Shown here: positions 52,119 to 64,000 of the stretch, in pieces
How the letters are laid out: each line of letters starts with the position of its first letter
How positions within the stretch are numbered: the first letter of the stretch is position 1
From: Fimicolochytrium jonesii
Taxonomy: Eukaryota
NCBI RefSeq assembly: GCF_025526975.1
Contig: NW_026515670.1
Span: 744,001-808,000 of the forward strand
DNA: 64,000 nucleotides
Direction: 5' to 3'
Notes under the pieces: generated by a model
What the model saw: only the letters and a program-made list of their open reading frames with translations
Told to the model about the DNA's origin: nothing
Databases searched by the model: none
Position numbers and translations under genes: made by a program

Positions 52119-53363
52119 TCATACATCTAAGTAACGCGAGCCAGTGGTTTCGCTGGAATCTGCGTCCACCGGCGATCGGCGGTAGTGGGTTCTGAGCGTA
52201 CTGGTTGTCCCGACTTGGGTCCTTGGTTTCTCTCCGCTTTTGTCAAGGTCCGCATCCAGGCTCCGGGCAAGCTCTCGTAGCCTGGTAGAGCCTTCGACAG
52301 ATCTGCGGGGGCCCTTTGCCCTACTGGGTCGCTCATGTGTGCGCTGACCGGGAATCACTTCGCAGGTGAATGTAGATTTTCCAGCGTGTCTGATCAATCG
52401 GTCGAGCTCCTCTGCATGGGCATGTTGCGAACCAGTCGCCTTATTTGAATCGGTGCCGATGCGAGCCATTTGTTGCCCTGAAGTCGACGTGCGTTCGTGC
52501 TCGAGCTCGCTGGATGGTGACGATGGTTCACGGTTGTAGATATCCGCAAACTTGAGATGCTCGCCGCTTGTCTCATCGTTTAGCGCAATACCTTCTTTTT
52601 CCGTTTCTTTCAAAGTTGCGAGTACCTCCTCTGCTCCCTTTTCAGCACTACATGAGACCTCATCCTCCTGCCCAGCTGCCTGATGGCTCTCCCATGCCGC
52701 CGCACGTTCAATCCTCGCCTTTCGCCTCTCTTCTTTCCGAACAGCTCTCCCTTCCCGCCACTCCCTTCTCTTTTCCTTCCTCCCGCGTTTTTCCTCCCGT
52801 TCCCTCAGCCGTGCGCTCAGCCTCTCCCTAAATTCCAACTCATACGCCTCCAAACTCAAATCCTCCTCATCCAAAAACACCCTCCCGCTGTCGTCCACAT
52901 ACATCCCATGCACAACTCTGCGGGTCCGGTTCAGCTTCTCCTGCTGCGCCTGCAACCCCAACCGCGTCTTCGTTGTCCATGCCTTGTCGGCAAGCTCAAA
53001 TATCGCCTTTCTGCGGAGGGATTCCAGTTTTTGCTCCTCGAGCGAGATGATCCGCCACAGTTCTGCGACGCACTCCTCGGTGGACAGGTGTTTGAGCCCC
53101 CAAGCTTCTTCGAGGGCTGAGGTTGTCTCTGTTGTGAGGTAGCCGGTCTGGGAGTGTACGGGATCCAGGCCTGGTGTGGTGGGGCTGGGACGGACGGGAA
53201 AGCCCTGGCGCCGGCGAGAGCTGCTGCGGGACGGTCGAGGTGTGGAGATTGCAGGGAACGGGCGAAGGGTTATTTGCGTTTCTTTCTCAACCGTTTCTGC
53301 TGTAAGCGGCGGGCGATTGACGGACCATCTCAGAGGTGTGAATGTCCGATTCGGGCTGGCCAT
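52119..53363 (-). CDS. Hypothetical protein with central charged coiled-coil
   Basis: About 414-aa ORF with a helical segment (EECVAELWRIISLEEQKLESLRRK) and an R/E/K-rich stretch; no recognisable family. Confidence 0.6.
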   Translation of the reverse strand: MASPNRTFTPLRWSVNRPPLTAETVEKETQITLRPFPAISTPRPSRSSSRRRQGFPVRPSPTTPGLDPVHSQTGYLTTETTSALEEAWGLKHLSTEECVAELWRIISLEEQKLESLRRKAIFELADKAWTTKTRLGLQAQQEKLNRTRRVVHGMYVDDSGRVFLDEEDLSLEAYELEFRERLSARLREREEKRGRKEKRREWREGRAVRKEERRKARIERAAAWESHQAAGQEDEVSCSAEKGAEEVLATLKETEKEGIALNDETSGEHLKFADIYNREPSSPSSELEHERTSTSGQQMARIGTDSNKATGSQHAHAEELDRLIRHAGKSTFTCEVIPGQRTHERPSRAKGPRRSVEGSTRLRELARSLDADLDKSGEKPRTQVGTTSTLRTHYRRSPVDADSSETTGSRYLDV

Positions 53364-53895
53364 GTTGTTTGTCTTGTTGCAGCAGCTCATAGCCAGTCAG
53401 TTGAAGGAAGATCACTTGAAACTTCGGCCAACGCCCGTTTTGTCATTGCCGTGTGAAGCCTGGGGGTAAGGGCTCCGCACAAAATGACAGGATCGGAGTT
53501 TGCACTTCCAAGCCAAACCATGATGATGGGCGGCTTACTAATTGATGGATTGGCCGTGACGCACGCACGCCCCGACTCGCGCGTCTTTTTCTCTGCTCTG
53601 ACTCGCCGTTTTTTCCAAGACACTTCTTTTTTTTTGACCGGGTGTGCCACTGGCTTTTTCCACGTTTTGGAGTGAGTGTATCGCTCGCTCGGGACATATG
53701 TTGGTGCTGCTTCTCACAGCGGGCAGCTCAACTACAGTACTTCGAGCTGCAGGCTGGGTGAAGTACTGTACTTCCCAGTGTAAGTCGTTAAAGCTACCCG
53801 TCAGCGGACTTTTGAAAAGAAGTGTTCATTCAAACGAAGCTTGAACGCACTTGTCCTCCTCCCGGCATCTTTCCAACAACGAGTTCACGACAGTC

Positions 53896-56298
53896 ATGGC
53901 GTCACCACCGTCCCTCTTCGACGAGCTATTCCTGCGGCGCAGGCCGTCACAGCCCGGGTCGGTGTTGCATCCGTTTCTCAGAGAGCCAGGAATCATTGGA
54001 ACCGACGAAGAAGACCGTTTTGAAGGGTCACCCCTTTCTCGCAAGAGCTCACTGGCAAAGAGGAGTGCAGAAGATGCTGCAGGTGTCATTAGAGAGGGAG
54101 GGCGCAGGCCGAGTGCGACGCCGGCAAGCCCGGCCAGCTCTGGAAACGGCGAAGTGCGACGACCTAGTGTCATTGACTCTCGGAAGGGGAGCTTATCGCA
54201 CATAATAACTGTACGTCCATCAGTGGGAGCCTCTCAGCGACTGTCGCCGGTCGATGCGTCGGAAGAGGGAGCAGCAGAGCGAACAGCTGCGGATGCTCTA
54301 GGCGACTTGGGTCATGTGCACCACCACCACCACTTCCCGCAACCCCATGTCCCCGTACGAAGTCACAGTGCAGATGAACAGATTGTCACTCCTCCGGTCC
54401 CGGCTCGCACGCCAACTGTTCAGTGGGTGGATCAATCATCAAGGTCGCCACCGTTACCCACCCGAACCCCCAGCAATGAAAGTAAAGAAAGTAAAGGCAC
54501 ATCGACAGCAGATCTACCATCCAGCCCTACAGTCGCGAGGCAATTCGGTGTAATTGGAACACAGTGGGACCCCTCAACAGCGAAAGCTCGTCCTCAGATG
54601 ACTTCAATTGCGCGTATCCTCGCTTCTGGGACAAGATTTGGGAGCACCGCTGCTGATAACGATCTGACCGTGCGGACGGCTCCGCCGGGGTTTGACATGG
54701 AAAGGAGGGGAACAACAGCGTCGTGCTCTACTTGTGATGGAAAGGGCGGAGAGCCACCAGCGAAGGAGTGGAAGGACCAAAGGTCCGAACATACCATGAT
54801 TAGCGGCTTTGTCAACGCGGATATGGTAAGCACACGTGAAGGTTTCTGATGCCCGATGAGTGCAAGGCGGTCCACTAATCGACTCTGTTGAACACGCCAG
54901 CTCAAACTCCGCGACTTCCTGATAAAACTCTCCCGCGCCTTCGCCATGTACGGCGCCCCATCCCACCGCCTCGAATTCCACCTCCGATGCGTCGCGGACG
55001 CGTTGGAAGTCGAAGGCAACTTCTTCGTCATGCCCGGAATGATCCTCATCAGTTTCGGAAACGACGACCACTCATCCAGCACCCACCTTGTCCGCGCGCC
55101 GCAGGGCTTCAACATGTGGAAGCTGTCCGCTATCAACATGTTGTGTCGGCAACTGACAGAGGGACAGGTTCTCATCCAGGAAGCACTCGACCGACTGGTG
55201 GAGATCAGATCACAGAAGGAATACAAATCTTGGGTGTTCCTGTCAACCTTCCCGGTTTCGTCGTGGGGTATTGCGATCATCGGGTTCAACGCCAACTGGG
55301 GCGAGGCGCTGATGGCTGCTATTTTGGCGACCATGGTTGGCCTGTTTTCGTTGGCGGCGGAGCGGTTGCCGTCATTTACGTACTTGCTGGAGTTCTTCTC
55401 GGCCCTCGTGGTTGGCATCTTGGTCAGGGGCTACAAGCACCTGTCGGGAGATGGATGTGTGGATGAGACGGTCGTAACTTTGTCCGCTTTGGCTATCTTG
55501 CTACCGGTACGTTGCTTCCCATGCTTGGCCCGGTCAGCGTCGAAGGCTAACTTGGTTTTTCCCTTCTCTTTCTTCCAGGGATTGAGCTTGACGATCTCCA
55601 TCATCGAAATCTCCACACGTAACATGGTTTCTGGTAAGTCAGCTTCTAGCCGTTGTTATACTCCAATTCGGTGCCAACAGACTCACCGATCGATCCCCAT
55701 CTGTTTCTCCGAAGGCTGTGTACGTCTCTTCCACGCCCTCTTCACAGCCATGCTCCTAGGCTTCGGCATGTCAGTCGGCCCCCTCCTTATCGACTCCGAA
55801 AACAAGGACATGAACCGCTCCGCCACATGCACCAACTTCCCCTCCCAATACTGGTTCTTCCTCTTCTACCCCATGATGGCCGTCGCCATCTGCATCTTCT
55901 TCCAAGCTCGCCCCAAACAATGGCCTATCATGATCTTCGTCTCCGTCCTCGGCTTCGTCACTTACTTCTTCCTTAACAAGGTCGACTCGATGAAGAATAA
56001 CGGTGGGCAGATACCTATGGTGCTCTCCGCACTCGCTATCGGTCTTGCGTCCAATATCTACGCCCGAATCAGCCACGACCTCGCCGTCGCGCCGATCCTG
56101 TCCGGTATCCTGCTGCTGGTGCCCGGAAGTTTAGGCGTCAGGAGCACACTGGGGTTCTTGGGAATAACCGCTGGCAGCGGAACAAATTTCGCCTTCCAGA
56201 TGCTGATTATTGGCTTGAGCATCACTATCGGGCTTTTCGTTGCCACGCTGTTGGTGTGGCCCATTCGTGGGCCGAAGCTCAAGTATATGACGTTTTGA
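53896..56298 (+). CDS. PRM10: PRM10-like / ThrE (DUF1212) threonine-serine exporter family membrane protein
   Basis: Disordered first exon, then LRDFLIKLSRAFAMYGAPSHRLE, AILLP|GLSLTISIIEISTRNMVS|GCVRL, PKQWPIM, GILLLVPGSLG, MLIIGLSITIGLF. About 10 TM segments; introns at about 54826-54900, 55507-55578 and 55634-55714. Confidence 0.88.
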
Positions 56299-56861
56299 GT
56301 TAGCTGGGGGTTTTGTTTCCCCGCTAATAGACACTAGAAAAGGAGTACCCATTTTTGGAAAAGCTCTTTGGCGTAGAGGTTGAACCGGCGTACTTTGTAC
56401 ATGTAGCATATCTGACGCTTCATCACTCCCTCACTCTCACTTTTTTATTTTACTGGGTGTAATGTTATCCTGTATATAGAAAAGCGGACACTCTCGTAAA
56501 ACACCGATGAGTCGAATTGTGGAGAGTTCAGGATCTCTTATATTCGATGCGTTCAATATAGGCTTGCCCAACATCTAGATCCGAAAGATATCTCCCACTA
56601 CTTCAAAGCAAGCTCGTCAACTCGAGGGAGGTACCCACTTTCCAAAGCGACTGATCGCGTGGGGGGGTTCAAAAAGGGCATGCAAAAAGGGTGTGTTTAA
56701 CTTAACCAAAAAAATGTGGGGAAACGTCGTGGATAAGGAGCGTTTCTGGGTCACTACGCGGCTTTGGACAGTGGTATATATCTCGTGGTGTCAAAAAGGG
56801 GGTCCAAAAATGTTGCGTTTGCGGGCTTGAGCTTTTCTGTCGATGAAATGGAGGGATCATC

Positions 56862-58824
56862 CTACTTGGATGGGCGACGGATGGGATTGTGGCGAAGACT
56901 CGGTCGGCGTGCGGCGTACGAACGGTGGTTGCGGCCCTTATCAGGGCTTGCTGCACCCTCTGCGGGTGTCTCGCTTGGTACTTCCAGCAGTGCCACTTTG
57001 CGGATAGGAGTGGAAGGTTCTGTCTTCGACGGGGTGACCTTGGTTTCCGGTCGCTCGCGTTTCAAATCTTCGAGCGACACTCTCCTTACGTCCTTTGGTG
57101 GGGGAGACAGCGATGCACGGGAGTTGCGACGACCACGTCCGTGATTGCTTCTTCGATAGGGATGTTGCCGGTGATCACGATTATCACGGTGTGCGTCTCT
57201 GTGCCGGTGGGTGGGCGCGGGAGAGGTGGGCGAAGGGAGTGTAGGTTTCTACAAATAACCAAGAGTTGCATATTGGGATTCGTAAGAAACAGTTCTCATT
57301 CAGGGAGTAGGAAAACATGAACAATTCGAAAGAGGTCATTTATGCGGCGGGAGGAGAAACATACCGTGTTTGGCTGCGATTGCTGTGTTCGCCTTGCCAC
57401 CTTACGGGAAGGAGGACGCACCTCCTCTTCCTCGATTTCCCCTGGTTCCACGTCGTCACCTGCACCACGCTTCCGAACAATGATGTTCTCTTCTTTGTTA
57501 CTGTTTGCAACGTTCTTTTCGACTGCGAGCTCTGATCCTGATTTCCTGCGGACAGCTTCTTTGGGTTTGATTGAATCCTTTTGTGTTGCCTTGACTTGCG
57601 AGTGCTCTTGAACTAGAGGAGCCTGGATTTGCTTCGTCCGCTGCTCGATAAAATCCATAGTCTTTTGCATATGCCGAGCGTTGGAGATCTCTTGGGCAAT
57701 TACTGCGATAGATGGGAAGCATGAGCCACGAGCCCTTGACCGTGTTATGGAAAGGTTGGTGAATACATACCATCGAGACGATGCTTGTCGAGCCCTTCTT
57801 CCTGATACCAGCGCTTTTCTCCGACGAGTAGCTTCGTCTTGGTCTTAAAACATGCCAAGAGCACGGCGCCTTGCGCTATCTCGTCGGGTGAGGCACGAAT
57901 GGCCAGCGTAGTTATCAGACTGTGATTGGCCAGGTTGAGACATGCTGCATCAGGATGAGACCTTTGGCAAACTTCGTGAACTTACGCGTCACTACAGCAT
58001 TTCTCGACACTCTCTCGAAGCTCCTTGGAGCCTGATGCAGAAGGTCCGTCATGAACATTTTTCACACCACTGTTTCCAGGGCTCGATGCCTTACCTCCGT
58101 ATGTTTTGATGAGCTTGCGGGCCCTTCCATGCGGGAGGTCAGGCCAGAGGTCAGCCCCAACGGATGCCATGATTTCAATTTCGTTAAAAATCATCCTCTT
58201 GACCCAAATATCAATATCCTGGATAACCGAACCGAGAGCGTCGTTAGTCACGAGGTTCCCCTTCTTTCGAGAAGAAGTTTTACTTTACCTCTCTTCTCGG
58301 AATCGCCTTCACTAGCGCCGCCGCGAACACCTGGGCTACGTGCTCCACACGCTTGAATTGCGGAAGCTCCGCCAGCTTTCCGACCATGTATATTAAGGTA
58401 GCACAAATCTCCCACCGGTGTGTGTCTTGCATTGGACGTGTCATAAAAAAGCGATGCATAAGTATTTTAGCGGCATCTAAAAGCTCGGCGTCTCTGGCGA
58501 TGCAAAGTTTTAGAAATCATCTGAACCTCACTGGAGCCTCATGTACAAGGGAGAGACTAAGACTCACAAAGCCAATCCTTTCATCGTGAGTTTCTCGTTC
58601 ACCCGAAAGTCGCCTTCGACTGACACCTTGTCCATCAACATGGCCATTTGGTGGTTCTGCCAGATGGCGACTTTCGGGACCCATTTGACGGGGTCTTTCC
58701 GCGTGGCGGGGTTATCGAACAGGACCTGGTAGTCCGTGAAAGTCCATTCGTTTTTGATTGTACAATGACTGAAGTCCGGTAGGGGTCCCGGTGCAACAGC
58801 GGGTTCCTCTGACTTTCCGCTCAT
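56862..58824 (-). CDS. Divergent transcriptional cyclin (cyclin T/K-like)
   Basis: Multi-exon translation by hand: NEWTFT, AAKILMHRFFM...HRWEICATLIYMVGKLAELP, WVKRMIFNEIEIMASVGADLWPDLPH, LITTLAIRASPDEIAQGAVLLAC...KRWY, then an R/S/P-rich tail. The pattern fits two cyclin folds of the T/K/L class. Confidence 0.65.
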
Positions 58825-59649
58825 ATCTGAGATTGGTATTGTAGATACGTTTAAATATTGAAACGGTGTATAAGGACTGCTCAACCTGCCAGAAAATTAC
58901 ATAACGTCAGATGAGAACAGAAGCCAACAAGAGAGGTCCCACGGCACCCATTGCCTCACCGTCTGACGTTCGGTGGGCGAGCCTGGCTTGAGATAAAGGA
59001 AGTGTATCTCAGGTAAGCTGCTAAGTGTGGTGCAAGTGAGTACGCTCAAAGTAGATGCGATGGATGAGTTGTTGCGCGGGATGAGAAGGAAGAGTCGGAG
59101 CAGGATGCCTTCTTGGTCTTGTCTGTTTTCCGGAGATTTTCGACACCGCGCTCGCTCTCGGTCCGACATGTTAAGCTTACTCGATTGACGGCTTCCCCAC
59201 AACAACGCAGCGCACCAAAGCCAACCCTCCTCGCCATCCTTAAGGCCATTTGCGGACAACTCTACTTTCGTCACACGGGCTAAGCCTATTTGCCTTTACC
59301 TTTTCACTCTATCCCTTGAAACTGGGCACACGTACGTACAGCATCCGCGAAAAGAGCGCGTTCTCGGACGGGTAGGTGTCCTGTTACCTTGATGATCTGA
59401 CGGAAGCGTCACTGACATAGTACGTTCAGTATATATATTCTGACATCCGCTCATTCTCAATATCGTCTACTGTGTTTCATTTCTCTCGCGTTGATCCGTC
59501 CTCAAAACGAACAGGCGGCGTCGAAGATCCAATCAAGATTGGAGATTGCATCTCAACATTGTAGTTGTGCAAAGAAGTCTTGTCGACAATCGGAGATAGT
59601 TGCCATTTGGTGATCAGCACTTTTTTGAAGGGGTTAACAACGCCAAAGG

Positions 59650-62600
59650 ATGACGGCGGAATACTGGGCCGACCATTTGCTGGCGCTCACCGCGCATGGG
59701 GATCGTATTCTCAACGCTTTGTATTGCGCACGTCATACTTTGATTCCGCACGAGGGTGAAAGATCGCCCGTATCCGCCACGTCCTCTCCGTCCGCTGCTG
59801 ATGTTTATTCGAAGGGCGGCTCACCAGATGTCGCATACACGTACAATGGAGCTGCTGTCACGCCCTCATCCCCTTCCCGGCCGGCATTGGAAAGAATCAA
59901 GATCTTGAACGATCCGGCTATTGCCGAAGTTCTGAGGAAGCTGGTGAAAAAGTTTCCTGAATCCATCGACCTTACGAAAGATCCCAAACACCAGGCTTTT
60001 CGTGATGCCCAAGTGCAGATTCTTGCGGAGTTGAAGGTCTACTACAAGGTGCTCGTGGCGTCGATGGAGTACATAGAGACTGGATTGAGTGCACTTCAAG
60101 AATCAATCAATCTCGTGAGCTTGAGCGTAAGTGCCAAAGAAGAGGGCCGGTCCACTGCTATCCTGACTGCTGCAAAATCTCAATCTCGAATCCACCAATA
60201 GTTTGATACAAATCCCGAACTTGTCGACTACTTCCTGGACCTCCTGGTGTCGCACGTGTCTGCAGTCTACATGCTTGCCGCCTTTGGGCAGGATCGGAAG
60301 ATCATTGCCGCGGTATACGGAAAAGCATACCAGATTGCGCATGGAATGCAAGATCCGGATTACGCAAAGTAATGAGATGCTCGCATCATGTGTCGCAGAC
60401 TCGCCGCTGACTTTCATTTCATAGGCTAGCCAAACATATTCTTTACTATGACAAGCCGCTTTTTGCGATGCAAGAGAGTCTGGGACTCCTTGCTTCAAAG
60501 ATCCTCACCCTTTTGCTGGAGATGAAGCCCGACCTGGAACTCCGCCTCTGCGTCAAAGCAGATAGTTTCCGAAAAATGGCGATTCTCAGTCTGACACCTG
60601 AGATGAGCGGAATCAAGGCGCCTGATCCAGATGAACGACATCTGCAAAAATTGACGGAGATGGGCAGGCAACACAGAATTTTGATCTTGGGATTCTTGGT
60701 GGCGGGCCCGGAGATGGTGAAGCTGCCGGCGTACATGGATGTCTTGAAGCAAACTTTGACGTATGGGCATGTGGTGCCGCTGGTTCGGAATGAGGTATGT
60801 CTCGTTGAGTGGGATCACTTTCCGTAACGCGATCATTAACGCAGACATCTGGAAGTAGATGCTGAACATCGCAGGCGAGTTCGAGGCCTCATTCAAAGCA
60901 CTAAAAAAGTTTCCGGGATCGAGAACGATCGTCAGGTAGATTCGCCCCCACGGAAAGACGAAGGTGATCACTAACCCCTCACTAATGTTTTCCGTTCTGC
61001 TACTCCAGCGAGACCGTAACCGCAAATGCTGCAAGCAACCAGTTGTTACATAAGGACAGGAGAGATTACCTACGGCATCAGTTGAAACAAATGACGTGCT
61101 TGACAAGCGACAGCGCTATCTTATGTCTGAAGTTCCCAGTAAGTGCCCGACCCCACAGTGCGCTTTCGACAACTGCCACAGCCTCACACAGATACGTTGC
61201 GTAGGTGGTTACCAGCGCGCTTGGATTTGCACGCGACGAAATTCTGTGGTATTTCAACCATTTGGAATTGGACACGGGAAAGAAGAGAAGCAAAAAGGAC
61301 GTGCGAACGCTGGACGTTGGCATTTTGGAGCTGATATGGCTGATGAAGGATCTGGCCAACAAGGTTGCCGCCAAAGGAGATGGTAAATAAGATGAAGGCG
61401 CTCTGAACGAAACCACGTGGCAAGATTCGTTTACCAATTCTCTGCCCGCAGCCATCAAGGACCACATCGCGGATCAAATCGTCCAGTTCTACGGACCGCA
61501 GCTTCTGCGTATCCTCGACAATACACTCACGCCCGACATTCAGGAGGAGCCTTATGGAATTCTGCTGGCGGACATACAACGCGTGATCACTGATTTTGTG
61601 AACGGACATTTCGTACATGTTCTCGAGGCCGGAGATCTGCAGGTTGGAGGGGTCCAATTCTCACGGGGGGATGTCGCACCATTGCTTACCCCCGTCCTAG
61701 AGTCTTCGAGTGAATTGGCTCCGCTTCCAGGTCGCTTCTTCATTGCCATCGGCTGGTGGTGTAGCCAACATATCCGACATCAGCTGGTTTATGACCAACA
61801 TTTGCGATCGCACAAGGTAAGTTCCCACTCTCGAATGTCTCTCCAATCGGGGCCTCACCAAAGTTCCACCATTTAGATGGCTCGATCAATTCGAGGTGTC
61901 TCTGGTCAGGCTCTCGGGATTGAAGGAACTCTGTTTCTACCAGTCGGCCCTGCATGAGCATCTGAGGGATTGCTTGGACAACGCCCCAGAGCTCGTCCGT
62001 TATGTGGGCGCTTTGGGATTTGTAGCTGAGGAGTTCTTCAGCAACGTCACTGTAGCGTGGCCACTCGAGGTCAGTGCGTCAACTTTCTGTAATGGATTGT
62101 ATGACTTTGAAAATCGGCGTTGAACGCTTCCACAAAACTGCAGGCCAAGCATTTGTCGGTGCACAGCATACTGTTCGCAACCGAGATATACTCGGTCCTC
62201 GGGCAATCAGCAGCATCTCTCGCCCACGAGATCGCATTGCACTCCGTCGGTTATCACAGCCAAGTTCTCACATGTGAGGCAATACCAGCGTATCAGAAGG
62301 CGACAGGCGCAGATAAGCTGAAGAAGAAGAAGAACGCGCCAGAGAGGCCGATAATCAATCCTGGATTTGAGAGCATTTTGAATGGGACTGATGCTGGAGC
62401 TAGGAGGTAAACTCATCATTTTGACCGTGACAAAGAACCGGTTCTGTCTCTGACGGCATGCTTTGTGTGTAGTCTGGAGAGAAAGAAGCACCTTATGCGG
62501 AACTTCCTCTTCGCTCTCACAAATCCCGTGGTCGCGACCGTGTATGATTCTGAGTTCCATCCGTTCGAGTTCTTTCTGGAAGCTTTTGCCGAACGGATAT

Positions 62601-64000
62601 CTGCGTAAGCCACAAATGCCTCTCGCCTACGCTCCGCCTCCATACTCACATATGCCTTCCCTTCCATCAGATATCTCCTCTCTACGGTCTACAAGCCGCC
62701 AGACCCATCCGCGCAAACGTCGCTGTTCGGCGGTTCGTCGGAGGACATCCTCTCCTTCGACCTCAAGCGCCCATCAGTGTATCTGCAGGAGATGAAAGCG
62801 TATATGGCCGCTATCCGCTTCTTGGACTCGATGGGTAGGTCATCAATGAGTTTGCAATACATTCTCTGTGACTGCGTTGGCTAATCTTCAAAGTATATTC
62901 AACGTAGTCCCGATCAGCTGTACATCTGCCATTCGCGACATCCTTCTGGAGAAGATCAGCGACGCAAAGTAAGCGTGTTCTCCTTGCCGTCTTTCCAGTT
63001 TCCGTGAACGCTTGCTTACCGTTCGCACGCTCAAAGTGCCAGAGAATACGCAGCCACGCAGCCGGACAGCATGGTGTACCAAGTGACGCGGGACACCAAA
63101 AAGTCTCGAGGGAACAAGCCAAGTCTCATCAACACGACCGTCTCCCCACCTGTGCTTGCGCTCTATGTGGCTTGGTATGGCGCCCAATGCACAGGTTGGA
63201 GAAGTGGATCTGTCTTGTAACTTCCTTCTTTTCGTGTGTTAGGTACTCTGAGCTTCTGGGATCGAAAGCGACATCCGGCACCGTGTGCTTTTCTCCCAAC
63301 CGACGTGCTTTCGTGAGCCGGAATCAGCAAGTGCTGCAAGCCGAGACGTATACAGATATCAACGGTGAGCATTTTACAACCGACTTTCGGGGATCGTCCG
63401 GATTGTGCTGAATGTCTCATGATTCAGAGTTGTCCGCTTTATGTGAGATCATTGGGCCCGCCGGCGTCAGGTTTTTCGATGAGCAGATTGTGGGCATGAT
63501 TGGCAGTCTGGGGAATAGCATTAAGGTGGGAGCAGTCGCAGTCTCGTCGATGAGGTATCGAAACTTTTCTCATCTCATTCGGGCTTCTGCAATAGGACCT
63601 TATGATGCAACATCAAGCGTTCCTCGAAGCGTTTCGGCTCAACTGGACCGACGAGGCGAAGGTCTTTGAACCCTTGAAAAAGCTGAAAGGTGAGCTCCGG
63701 ATCTGGATCAGCTCATCAGCTTCTGAAGATTGGTTGCTCATGTTGTATATCATCACAGGTGTAAAAGATCTCACCACAAGAGCCATCCAGCTTGGGTTCA
63801 TCATCGAATTCCGCACAATACTCGCAGATGCCAGCAACAAGGTAAGCACACCACATCCGTCCACATGCGCCCACCCTCTGGACTGACCACAGGACACCCC
63901 ACTTCACAGGTGTTTGGAGAAAAGTGCCCGCACGCGTTAGCGAGTGTAGCAACGGCGTATACCCACTTCCCGCGAACCGCGGAGGCAAAAGCGAACCCTA
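59650..64000 (+). CDS. NCKAP1: Nck-associated protein 1 (Nap1/Hem, WAVE regulatory complex subunit); 3' end outside window
   Basis: Many exons. FLDLLVSHV...DRKIIAAVY..AYQIAHG..DPDYAKLAKHILYYDKPL, HKDRRDYLRHQLK, ALGFARDEILWYFNH, PGFES, AETYTDINELSALCEIIGPAGVRF all parallel conserved NCKAP1 segments. Confidence 0.88.

Overview
This is eukaryotic nuclear DNA of roughly 55% GC with short GT-AG introns and fungal-type genes. An NCKAP1/Nap1 (WAVE complex) gene and a class C GPCR point to an early-diverging, probably zoosporic (chytrid-like) fungus rather than Dikarya. About 21 protein-coding loci and one tRNA-Gln(UUG) are readable. In order: the 3' end of a class II-like heme peroxidase, a class C GPCR, an AT-hook protein, a Sel1-repeat protein, a C12orf65-like mitochondrial release factor, a GNAT acetyltransferase, a ZNF511-like protein, eIF2B-beta, a Pcl5/Pas1-like cyclin, SMC3, an Rgd2/Rga8-like F-BAR-DEP-RhoGAP, NAD-specific GDH2, an ADH6-like dehydrogenase, Ase1/PRC1, a PRM10/ThrE exporter, a divergent cyclin T/K and NCKAP1 (runs off the window), plus several hypotheticals. 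The standout is a 5-exon gene (2180-4888, minus strand) that fuses a signal peptide and a bacterial-type TctC/Bug (tripartite tricarboxylate transporter) substrate-binding domain directly to a class C (7tm_3) GPCR transmembrane domain. Secondary signals are a short uORF and two Gcn4-type sites upstream of the Pcl5-like cyclin, a tRNA with a U1:C72 mismatch, a GC-AG intron in SMC3 and a 3-copy intergenic repeat. All family assignments come from manual translation and motif recognition; no database searches were run.
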